DNA of 32,000 bases, from the NCBI GenBank assembly GCA_054661495.1, contig BAAFSQ010000028.1, forward strand, positions 1 to 32,000, given 5' to 3'. This DNA comes from Zygophlyctis sp. KS116 (Eukaryota; Fungi; Chytridiomycota). The translations under genes and the position numbers were made by a program. The notes below the pieces were generated by a model. The model ran no database searches and was not told the DNA's origin. It was given only the letters and a program-made list of their open reading frames with translations. This document shows positions 8,526-18,716 of the stretch, piece by piece (positions within the stretch are counted from its first letter, which is position 1; each line of letters starts with the position of its first letter).

Positions 8526-9396
8526 TCAAGAATTCTCCTTTTTCATCTTTTTTGAATAATTTAATCCACATGCATTACATAAACTTTTAATTAAATGAAA
8601 ACAAATCGTACGTTTTTTTCCCTTCAGGACCTTTTCTCCATTCAGGAGACTCTGTTACCCCACATTGCCTACAATACAGACCTGAAATTTTTTGTGCCCT
8701 ATGTACCCCAGCATCACTATTGGTATCAATTGCAAACTCAAGACTTAGACCCGGATCTTTTGATGCATCTTGTAACAATGGGTGTAATTTTGGGTCTAAT
8801 CCTTTTTGTATTAATGCTTTTGCTAATGCCATCCTTAATCGTAAATTTTCAACTCTAGCATCTAAAATCCCATCTAATGTAGTCGCAGCTTTTAAAGTAA
8901 ATTCTCTTCCATATGATAATATTATTGGATTATACTCTTCTCCTCTATTAGAAAGTTTTGATTTGATTTCTAATAATTTCATCTCTCCTGTCTTTGAAAT
9001 CATTCGAATATATACTGTATTAGCAGTACTGAATTTTGATAATAGACCTTTACTTAAATAATCCAAGAAATTAAGCCTATCGTCTGTATGAATAAAATCC
9101 AAAAGTCTTTTTTGTAGAATTTCAGATTCAGAGTACTTTAGAATGTTGATAGCTTTCGGCGATGCCCAAACTAAATTTCCAGACGGTAAAATGTAAAATA
9201 TAATTTGCTTCAACAATGCAGATTGTCTATTAAAAGCCGCTTTGGAGTTTGTAAAATATGAAATGACTGAAGAGATATGCTTGGTGATTGAATCTTTTTT
9301 AGTCCCAGAGGAATCATCATCCCTTGTATTTTCAAGCGGAGACTGTTCAAAGAATGGAGATGCTATCAAATCATCATCGTCCAAGAACTCATTCAT
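8526..9396 (-). CDS. PAS domain + GATA Zn-finger transcription factor, White collar-2-like (intron 8584-8611)
   Basis: PAS segment (WASP...ILKY...DFIHTDD), coiled segment (RVENLRLR) and CRQCGVTESPEWRKGPEGKKT|LCNACGL, completed by removing a 28-nt intron. Confidence 0.88.
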
Positions 9397-9449
9397 TAGG
9401 TTTTGGCGCGCAACGCGGCTAGGTTACCCATGAGTCTGAAACAAGTTTA

Positions 9450-10082
9450 TTAGATGAGCTTTAATGATTTACTATTATAATTAATAAAAGCCTTGAATTC
9501 ATTTTGTAACCCTCCAGTGTGACATGGACTATAATCTGTCTCTAAAGTCATTAATTCCCGAGCAAGAAATTCCTTCATGATGGCTCCAGTACAAGCACAT
9601 ATTTTACCATTTTTAGATAACAGACTCTTGACTGTTGACGACACTTTAGTCCAGCATTCTATAGATAAGAATGGAGGATCTACTAGTATATAGTCAATTT
9701 TACCCAATAATTCTCTTGGTAAATTCAAAGGATCATTATAGTCATACTGTATAAAATTATCATAGATTTGAAATCTTGAATCAAATTCCAAGAGAAATAC
9801 TTTGCGATCAAGATTATCAATTGATAGAAATTCCTTGAAAGCGGTCGGAGATGAGATGCATGCAATCATGTCTCCAGAATTTGTATTTTCCAAGATTTCT
9901 CTAGTCAATCTTTCGCTTGTTTCTTTACTATACCAAAACTGAGACAATTGCCAATCTTCATCTTGAGATTTTTGACCAGAGTGCTGTTCTGCCAAGAATT
10001 CAGTGAGGGCTTTTAATGTAGATGATGATAATTCTAAATCAGGATCTTTGGAATCTGCTAGATCTGCTAGATCTGCTTTCAT
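9450..10082 (-). CDS. EFM5: EF1A lysine N-methyltransferase (EFM5/EEF1AKMT1/N6AMT2 family), copy 1
   Basis: EDWQLSQFWYS, IACISSP, LLEFDSRF, YDYNDP, VDPPFLS, CTG and GLQNEF motifs. First ATG is at 10082. Confidence 0.93.
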   Translation of the reverse strand: MKADLADLADSKDPDLELSSSTLKALTEFLAEQHSGQKSQDEDWQLSQFWYSKETSERLTREILENTNSGDMIACISSPTAFKEFLSIDNLDRKVFLLEFDSRFQIYDNFIQYDYNDPLNLPRELLGKIDYILVDPPFLSIECWTKVSSTVKSLLSKNGKICACTGAIMKEFLARELMTLETDYSPCHTGGLQNEFKAFINYNSKSLKLI

Positions 10083-10407
10083 TTTAGGGCGAACGTTGAG
10101 GGCTAAAACCAACGAATTTATTACAACGGCAAAATGTAGATTTACAGTGCATTATTTCTGATTTTAAATTTAAATTCAGGATCTGGCATTGTTTAAATTA
10201 AAATAATCATTATAAAGTATTTTCAATCCATAATCGTGTTTCTAGAACGCTATCTAGAATATTTGATCAATGTGACTTTTAATATTCGGTTCTTCTTCTT
10301 CTTCTTGTTGTTAGAAATACGTTGCATCCACTGAGAAAACATAAAGCCCATACTACACTCGGCGCCTTGAAAGTTTTGATCAGATCAATCCTGATTTTAA
10401 AAGTTTA

Positions 10408-11043
10408 TTAGATAAACTTTAAAGATTTACTATTATAATTTATAAAAGCCTTGTAGTGATTCTGCAATCCTCTAGTATGAATTAACCCATATTCTGTCTC
10501 TAAAGTCATTAATTCCCGAGCAAGAAATTCCTTCATGATGGCTCCAGTACAAGCACATATTTTACCATTTTTAGATAACAGACTCTTGACTGTTGACGAC
10601 ACTTTAGTCCAGCATTCTATAGATAAGAATGGAGGATCTACTAGTATATAGTCAATTTTACCCAATAATTCTCTTGGTAAATTCAAAGGATCATTATAGT
10701 CATACTGTATAAAATTATCATAGATTTGAAATCTTGAATCAAATTCCAAGAGAAATACTTTGCGATCAAGATTATCAATTGATAGAAATTCCTTGAAAGC
10801 GGTCGGAGATGAGATGCATGCAATCATGTCTCCAGAATTTGTATTTTCCAAGATTTCTCTAGTCAATCTTTCGCTTGTTTCTTTACTATACCAAAACTGA
10901 GACAATTGCCAATCTTCATCTTGAGATTTTTGACCAGAGTGCTGTTCTGCCAAGAATTCAGTGAGGGCTTTTAATGTAGATGATGATAATTCTAAATCTA
11001 CATCAGTCACATCAGTCACATTGGCTAGATCTCTAAAAGTCAT
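10408..11043 (-). CDS. EFM5: EFM5/EEF1AKMT1 family, copy 2
   Basis: Same motifs as copy 1. The core protein is identical and the termini differ. Confidence 0.92.
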   Translation of the reverse strand: MTFRDLANVTDVTDVDLELSSSTLKALTEFLAEQHSGQKSQDEDWQLSQFWYSKETSERLTREILENTNSGDMIACISSPTAFKEFLSIDNLDRKVFLLEFDSRFQIYDNFIQYDYNDPLNLPRELLGKIDYILVDPPFLSIECWTKVSSTVKSLLSKNGKICACTGAIMKEFLARELMTLETEYGLIHTRGLQNHYKAFINYNSKSLKFI

Positions 11044-11084
11044 TACAGGGGATGAACCTAAGTATTGGTTTTTAGTAAAAATAA

Positions 11085-11471
11085 TTATAAATTTCTATAT
11101 TGATTTCTCTGTAAAAATACTGCTGACACTACTAGTCCGGAATCATGAGAAATAGACACTGATGCATTGAATCGTGATTTAAATCTTAAATATGGCGCAC
11201 CGGAATCTGCTTTTAAAAGAGAAACCTGTTTCCAGTTTCTCTTACATTCTGTAAATGATAATGCTTTATATAATGCTTCTTTACAACTCCAAATATTTGC
11301 CAAATATGAAGTAGGGTTTTTTATCTGACTTAATCTCTCCAATTCCATTGTTGAACATATTCTTGCAGAAATTCTTTCTATTCCAAATCTTGATATAGTT
11401 TTCTGAAATCGTTGTAGAGAGAGTATATCTATTCCGACTCTATTCTGCGAGTATTTAAGCTTTTTTCTCAT
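11085..11471 (-). CDS. AcpS-type 4'-phosphopantetheinyl transferase (PPT2-like)
   Basis: VGIDI, WSCKEALYKAL, GAP and VSISHD motifs. Confidence 0.9.
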   Translation of the reverse strand: MRKKLKYSQNRVGIDILSLQRFQKTISRFGIERISARICSTMELERLSQIKNPTSYLANIWSCKEALYKALSFTECKRNWKQVSLLKADSGAPYLRFKSRFNASVSISHDSGLVVSAVFLQRNQYRNL

Positions 11472-11499
11472 TTTCAAGGGCGAGTGCTGGGTTTTAAAA

Positions 11500-11779
11500 A
11501 TGTTTCTCAGAGAATTAAGAATTCATTTTTCACCTTGTAGCAAATCCTCTGCAGGGATTTTAGAATATTTAAAATCTTCTTATGCACATTTAAAATCCCG
11601 GCATCCTTCTCTGCCCATTCTAGTCAGACCCGGACTAGACGTTCCTGCAAGAGCATTTGCAAGATTTGGTAATTAAAATAAACTTAGAATTAGACAAGGG
11701 AGTTGAGAAACAAGTGAATTTGGATAATTTGACTAAAGCTCAAGTAGAAAATGTATTCAAGGGAATTTTAAAAGAATGA
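11500..11779 (+). CDS. NDUFA2: Complex I B8 subunit (NDUFA2; L51/S25/CI-B8 family), intron 11669-11693; absent from the ORF track
   Basis: Spliced translation MFLRELRIHFSPCSKSSAGILEYLKSSYAHLKSRHPSLPILVRPGLDVPARAFARFDKGVEKQVNLDNLTKAQVENVFKGILKE*. Confidence 0.88.
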
Positions 11780-13273
11780 CGTTTATTAATAAAATGTTTA
11801 ATCCTCTTGTTTTACTGAATAAATTGAATTTTCCAAATGATGAAAAGGAAAATTTAATCAAAAAGTACAAGACTCAAAGAGTTGAAAGTTTAAGGGGTTC
11901 AGATATTGGATTACAAAGATTGGCTGCATCGGTCATGATTCAGTCTGCTTTTAGAGGATGGGATACAAGGAGAAAATATATGGCTGTTAAATACTATAAT
12001 CAATCTTTTAAATCTATTTGGGGATCGTTTGGACAATTGCAAAAAACAAGTGGATTTATAGATCTTACAGTTCAAGAGCGATTAAGAATAAAGTATGAGA
12101 GGTACTATGCATGCTATGAAAAAGTTTATGATTCAATCCCAGAATTTCCAGATTTTGCTGCTGCATTTATTCAAGCCATGTGGAAAATGGTGGCTACTAG
12201 GAAGGTATGGAGAAAATATTTGGCGCTTAAAAAGGCTGAAAGAACTACAAGGGTTAGTAGCTCTTTCAGGAATAGATTGTTAAAGTATGGGTCAATGTCA
12301 TCAGGGGATACACAAGTCTTGAGTATCTGGGATAGGAATGCAATCATTATTCAAAAGGCTTGGAGGTCTTTTAATGGGAAAAGGATTTTTGAGTTTTACA
12401 AGCGGTTGTTATCTATTTTCAAGTTGAATAATTCTTCAAGGCTTTTAAAGTTTATAAATCCTCAAGAATCAAAATTAATAGAGGCTGCAACTGGACTCCA
12501 TGTAAAATTTAGACTTGGCGGTGTAAATTACTTTAATTAATACTTTAAGACTTTTCCACCGACAATCTACTACAAAATTTTTGTGCATACTCCGATTGTA
12601 GATATGAATGCTTTCTCTCCAAGAGATTATACTAGAGAAGCAAAGCAGATTCTTCCTTTAAATTTATTCAATAACATTACACCACCAATTGATCAAAGTG
12701 TTGGTATGCAAAATTAAGGATTAACAGTAGATGGTTGGTATTCAAGAATAGAGAATAATTCTTGGAGACCAGTCTCGGATAAGATTTGGGATTTAAGAAA
12801 TAATGCAGAGTATAATGATTTGGCTACGACAAAAAAAGTAGTGCCATTTCATCACTTGCAAATTGTTCGTAGGCAAGAATTAGATAAGAGAAAAAAGCAG
12901 AAGCGGTTGAATTGGATGAGAAAAATGTAATTTGTACGTCTGATTTTGATTTAGGTATAAGGAGGGGAAGCGATTGACTCAAGACCAGCCTGTTCATAAA
13001 TTGGACGTGATAAGGGAAGATGCTGGAACTATACATGATTTAGAGAATGATATGGAAACAGATGTGCTTATCAAATGGACAGAAGCTCTAGATTTTGAAA
13101 AATACTATGATGATTGGACTCAGCTGGCTACTTCTGGTCCCAATGAACCAGTACACTTGAGATCTATTCCACAGACAGTCGTGAAATTAACAAGTGGGGC
13201 TGCTGACAAGGAGACCGAAAGATCATTTACCCCATATACTCAAGTTTCTTTATGTGATCTCATTCTAAAATGA
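11776..13273 (+). CDS. IQ-motif protein, MFI/C11orf65-like (several tiny introns; start uncertain)
   Basis: IQ-like repeats (IQSAFRG, IQAMWK, IQKAWR), INPQESKL, FRLGG|.FPPTIYYKIF, SPRDY, GWY.RIENN.WRPVS and W..ALDFEKYYDDW. Confidence 0.78.
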
Positions 13274-13296
13274 TTCTATTTCGCAACTACTTTATT

Positions 13297-15343
13297 TTAG
13301 TTTTTCAAAGAGGTTGAAGGAGTTGTTGGTGCTGAAGCGTCCGGGGCTTTCTTTGCAATAATTTCACCGTGACCTTCTTTATTTGCTATTTATTAAATGT
13401 AAAAAACCTACAGTCTTCAACAAGCTCTAATAAGCTTTGTAGAGCTACATAACCATCCCCATCAGCATCAAGTTTCTTGATAATTTTCTTAATTCTTTCG
13501 TCCTTTGGAAATTGTTGAATGACTTTCATCGCTTCTTCTAACTCAGTTATGGTAACATTTCCTTGTTCGTTGGGACGTAGTATATTGAGCTTTGATCCTA
13601 TTTCAACATCATATTTGGAAAGTTCCTTTTCAATTTTCGAAATCATCTTGGTAACTTTTTCACCCATCTTGACAGAGTTCTGTACAGCTTGTTTTACTTT
13701 CAAATCCTCCAATTCTTCCTACAATTTACTTTTATGATATATTTACCTTGACATCAGAAAGAGCTGACTCCTTGGTTATTGATTTTAGCGCTTCGCCAAG
13801 TTTCTGAAGCTCTTCTTGAGAGAGTTCAGAGTCCTTTTCTTCCGTTACTTTCTCTGGTTCGATCGGTGCTTGTGTGGAATCTTCTAGAGTCTCATGTCTA
13901 ACTCCTGGAACGGAAGCAGTAATAGGAGGCTGGTTTTCAAAGTCTAATACCTCTAAGTCTTTTTGAGGTCCATTAGCCCCTTTAATAAGCTCCTCGTTTG
14001 CTTTTTTAACCGCAACTTCTTGTTCCTTCTTCTCAATCGCACGTGCAGTCTGAGTAGCCTCTTGTTCCAACTCGTCCTCTATTAATTCTTCCTGCTCCTT
14101 GAGAACATCCAATTTTTGCTTATATGTAGCTAGACCTTGCGCTTCTGAGACTTTAAGCTGTGCTTCATTAATCAGCTGATGCGGAAGAGATGATAAAGTC
14201 TCCTTTAAAGCATCTGTAGAATCCTTCAATGCTTGTTCTTCCTTCAACGGACGATCAGAAAGAATAAATGCTCTACTGAGAATCAACAAGGAAGAAGGTA
14301 TTTCATGCTTGAGATGTAATTCAATCCATTGAGTCAATTCCGATCTCATAACTGCAGGAGAGACTCCATAAAACCGTATACCTCTAGATTGACAAGCCTG
14401 AACCAATTCTGGGATATTTAGTGAATCAACACCCTCAAAAGAGATCATGGCATCATCTTTTTGTAGATAATTTAATCTTCTTTCAATCTGATGTCTAAGA
14501 AAAGCCTATAAATCAGTAAAAAAGTAACACACATCTGTCCCAAACGCATTTAACGACATATACTTTGCCATGGATACTAATTGTGGCCTAGACAAATTCC
14601 GTAAAGTCAATTCATCTGGAAAGTTTTTCGAGATCAATAAAATTTCCTCTAATGGCAATTGTTCACCTGAAGACTGACATTTTTCAAAAAACTCTTTAAA
14701 TTGCTTTACTGCACTTGCATCCTTTACATTTGGATTTGCTGAAGCCTCCTTTAAATTTTAAATTTTATAAAATTACCTGAACCGTTTCTTGCAAAAAACT
14801 AGCCATTTGCAAACGAACTTTAAGTATTTTCCTCCTTTTCTCCTCTTCTTGAAATTTTGATTCAAAAGTACTTGGAAGCATATTAGGAAAAAGCTTTAGT
14901 AATACTGGCAATAGTAATTCCAAGAATGGAATCAATACAATGATTAAGAATGGAACCAATCTTAATAAATCTACTGTTGTCCTTTTCAATTGTCTTAATT
15001 CCCTTCTTGACAATGGTTCTTTGAGTACTTTTATCAATAAACGAGAAGAGATTGCAACTTCTTTCCCCAACAATCTACATCCCTGAGCATAATGCACCGC
15101 CTCCTCCTTGATCCTTACCCATAGACTCTTTTTAGGAGCATTTTGGATAGAATATAATCTAATTTTGGCCTGTAAACCCAAATGCCCAAAATTATTATTT
15201 GACTGACGGATGCCGACTGAAAATAGTCTAATAGCATTGAGCGCTCCCATTCCATTCCAATATGACTGATATGACTGATATGATTGCCATGGATACCTTT
15301 GTAATCGGATTGCAGACTGACCAACGGCGACAAAACCTTTCAT
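13297..15343 (-). CDS. LETM1: LETM1/MDM38 mitochondrial inner-membrane protein with C-terminal EF-hand
   Basis: LSRRELRQLKRTTVDLLRLVPF...PFLELLLPVLLKLFPNMLPSTF, ELVQACQSRG, IPSSLLILSRA and DADGDGYV. The last exon follows a 26-nt intron and ends at TAA 13297-13299. Confidence 0.93.
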
Positions 15344-15382
15344 TTCAAGTTTAACGCCAGGGTTGAGGATCAGGTGTCAAAA

Positions 15383-17084
15383 ATGAAATCAAGAGTTTCT
15401 TATTACTACCACTGTAACTTTATTCCCTCACATCATAGCTGACATTGGTAATTATCATTATGGGACCCAGCATCCGATGAAGGTGATTTTACTTCCATTA
15501 ATGATAGCCCCATCGGATACGTATGACACATAATCTAGTCATAAATTATGGATTGTATAAAAAAATGGAAATTGTTGTATGAATCATGCTTTTTGATTTT
15601 AGAGACCGACGCCGGCTACAGTCAAGGAAATGACAAAGTTTCATTCGGATGAATATATCGATTTCTTATATAGAGTCACTCCAGAAAATTTGGATCAGTT
15701 TAATAAGTATCAGCAAAAATGTAGGTTTTTTTCTATTTATTCTAGTCAATATCGGGGAAGATTGTCCTGTTTTTGATGGGCTGTATGAATTTTGTTCGCT
15801 GTCAACTGGAGGTTCAATTTCTGGAGCTGCAAAGTTGAATAGAGGTGAAGCGGATATTTGTGTTAATTGGGGTATAATAAGGGGTTTTTACAATTTAGGA
15901 GGTGGATTGCATCATGCAAAGAAGTCAGAGGCTTCAGGGTTCTGTTATGTGAATGATATAAATGTAGCAATCTTGGAATTATTGAGGTATTTAAAGTAGA
16001 TTAAGAAAAGGCATCATCAAAGAGTTTTATACATTGATATTGATAATCATCATGGAGATGGGGTTGAAGAGGCATTTTATACAACTGATAGAGTTATGAG
16101 TGTTTCTTTTCATAAATATGGTGAATATTTTCCTGGAACTGGGGATGTGAATGTATTTCTAAAGTTTTTATAAATTTAGGATATTGGACACGGTAGAGGA
16201 AAACATTATGCTGTTAATTTTCCACTTAAAGATGGTATTGATGATGAATCATATCGAAATATCTTTAAGCCAGTTATTCAGCATGTGATGGACTGGTATC
16301 GTCCTGGAGCAGTCGTTTTGCAGTGCGGAGCGGATTCTTTGGCTGGGGATCGATTAGGATGTTTTAATTTGTCTATGAAGGGTATTTTATACTCTAGTTA
16401 TAAAAAGGACATGCTTTTGCTACTGAATTCATGAAAACGTTTAATGTACCATTATTAGTTCTTGGTGGAGGGGGTTATACTATTAGAAATGTTGCAAGAG
16501 CCTGGACTTATGAAACTGCTGTCGTTTGTGACGAAATTTTACCTGAAGGTATTAATATTTTCCTTAAATTTAGAACTTCCTTATAATGACTATTTTCAAT
16601 ACTTTGGCCCTGATTATAAATTAGATGTACCTTCTAACAATATGGAAAACTTGAATTCCAGAGAATACCTAGAAAAAATGAAGATCAAGATTATTGAAAA
16701 CCTACGTAATATACCTCATGCACCCAGCGTTCAAATGCAAAGTAATGATTTTTATTTAAAGAATTATAGTGGTTCCTGAAGATCATTTTTCATCTGATGA
16801 TGAAGATGAAGAAGATAAGGATGTTCGAATTTCTCGTAATTTTATGGTAATAATATATAGAAAAAATGTCTGATAAGCATCGTGTTCCCGAGACGGAATT
16901 ATCAGACTCTGAAGATGAGGGAGATAATCGCAGAGATGTGCAATCTTTTGAAAAAGATGATAATCAAAATCAGACTGAACCTGTTGCTGGACCTGAAGAA
17001 GTGGGTTCTATGAATCACACTCCAGAGGCACTTGAGAATTATTCAACTCAAAGTACAGCCGATGGAATGGATATGACGGAATAA
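15383..17084 (+). CDS. RPD3: Class I histone deacetylase RPD3/HDAC1 (about 11 introns of 24-28 nt)
   Basis: HPMK|[82 protein letters not shown] and ELSDSEDEG. Confidence 0.97.
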
Positions 17085-17104
17085 ATTTGGCGTGTTTTGT
17101 TAAA

Positions 17105-18673
17105 ATGAAAGTTTCTGTCAAATGGAATGGTAAGAAATATGATGATCTGGAAATTGATACATCTGAGCCTCCATTGATCTTCAAGTCCCTGTTGTTTTCA
17201 TTGACTGGCGTAGAGCCCGCAAGACAGAAAATACTTGTCAAGGGAGGAACGTTAAAGGACGACGGACCATGGCCAGTTGTCAAAGAAGGCACAACTCTTA
17301 TGATGATGGGAACTCCAGGGGAATTGCCAAAGGAGCCAACGGAGAAGGTTGTCTTTATGGAGGATTTGACCCATGAAGAGCTCGCAGTACAATTAAAGTT
17401 GCCAATGGGACTCGTAAATTTGGGAAATACTTGCTATTTAAATTCAGTGCTCCAATGTTTTAGGGGCATTAAACAGCTTCCTCTAGTTTTGTATTATATA
17501 TATATTGATAATGTTAGGAATGCAATCACTGGAATTACTGCTGATGCTCAAGGGAATTTCGTAGCGGCCCTCGGAAGTCTTTATAAAGAGTTGGAAAATT
17601 CAGGAAATGCAGTACCACCTCTGGTTTTTTTGCAGGTAATTTTATAAAGTAATAAAAGGTATTTCGACAACTATTTCCTCAATTTGCTGAACAAGATCGG
17701 GGAGGTTATTGTCAACAAGATGCAGAAGAGGCATGGGGACAGATTGTGCAGGCATTAAAGGATAAAGTTCCGGGTCTTAATGGAAACAATGAAATTGATC
17801 ACTCTAAAAAGTTTGTAGAACAGTTTATGACGGTCGATACTATTTCTACGTAGTTTTAATCTTGTAATTTCTAGGATAAAATGTGATGAGGATCCAAGTG
17901 AGCCTGAATCTCAAGTGATGGAAACATTTGTTAAATTAAGATTAAATATTGGATCTGGTGGTAATTTAAATTGTTATAATTTTATCTAGTTTCTACGTAC
18001 ATGACGGCTGATTTAGCTAATGGATTTACAGAAAAACTGGAAAAGATTTCTTCAAATCTCAACAGGAGTGCGGTTTATACAAAGACTACAAAGATTAGTC
18101 GATTACCAGAGTATTTGGCGATTAATTTTGTAAGATTTCAATGGAAGCCGGTTGAAAAAATAAAGGCAAAGATCCTTAAAAAGGTAAAGTTCCCAATGGA
18201 ATTAGACATTTCTTCCTTGTGTACACCAGAACTTCTAGCAAAACTTTCTCCTGCAAAAACCAGATTTAAGGAATTAGAAGAAGTGAAGGCAATCGCAAAA
18301 GTATTTTTTAAATAATTTAATTTTAAAGAAAAACAAGATTTCTTCAAATGAAGAAGACAAGGAGCAAAAAAAGCCTGAAAAAGATCAATTCCAGTTGGCA
18401 AAAGAAATTGGTGTTGATCCTTCAATGATTGAAGATGTAGGCTCTAATTTTTCTGGTCTATATGATTTAGTTGCAGTTCTAACTCATGTTGGTCGCGCAG
18501 CTGATTCCGGACATTATATCGGATGGGTGAAAAACTTTTCAGGTGAAGGATGGTTGAAATTTGATGATGATAAAGTCTCACAAGTTACAGAAGAAGATAT
18601 TCTAAAGTTAGAAGGCGGAGGTGATTGGCATACTGCTTATATCAATCTCTATCGAGCAAAACAATTAGAGTAA
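17105..18673 (+). CDS. UBP6: Proteasome-associated deubiquitinase UBP6/USP14 (about 5 tiny introns)
   Basis: N-terminal UBL (VSVKW...TGVEPARQKILVKGG), Cys box GLVNLGNTCYLNS, QQDAEE, His box THVGRAADSGHY and GGGDWH. Confidence 0.96.
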
Positions 18674-18716
18674 TCTGATATTTTCCGAAACCAACGCGAA
18701 TAATACAAAAAGATAC

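Noticed and set aside
10113-10407. snoRNA or other ncRNA in the longer spacers (also 7662-7971)
   Set aside because: No complete C/D or H/ACA box arrangement or tRNA fold could be supported.
9450-11043. DPPF-motif genes as N6-adenine DNA methyltransferases forming an epigenetic system with the transposon
   Set aside because: Motifs match the EFM5/EEF1AKMT1 family, established as EF1A protein-lysine methyltransferases despite the N6AMT2 name, and the genes lie outside the element.
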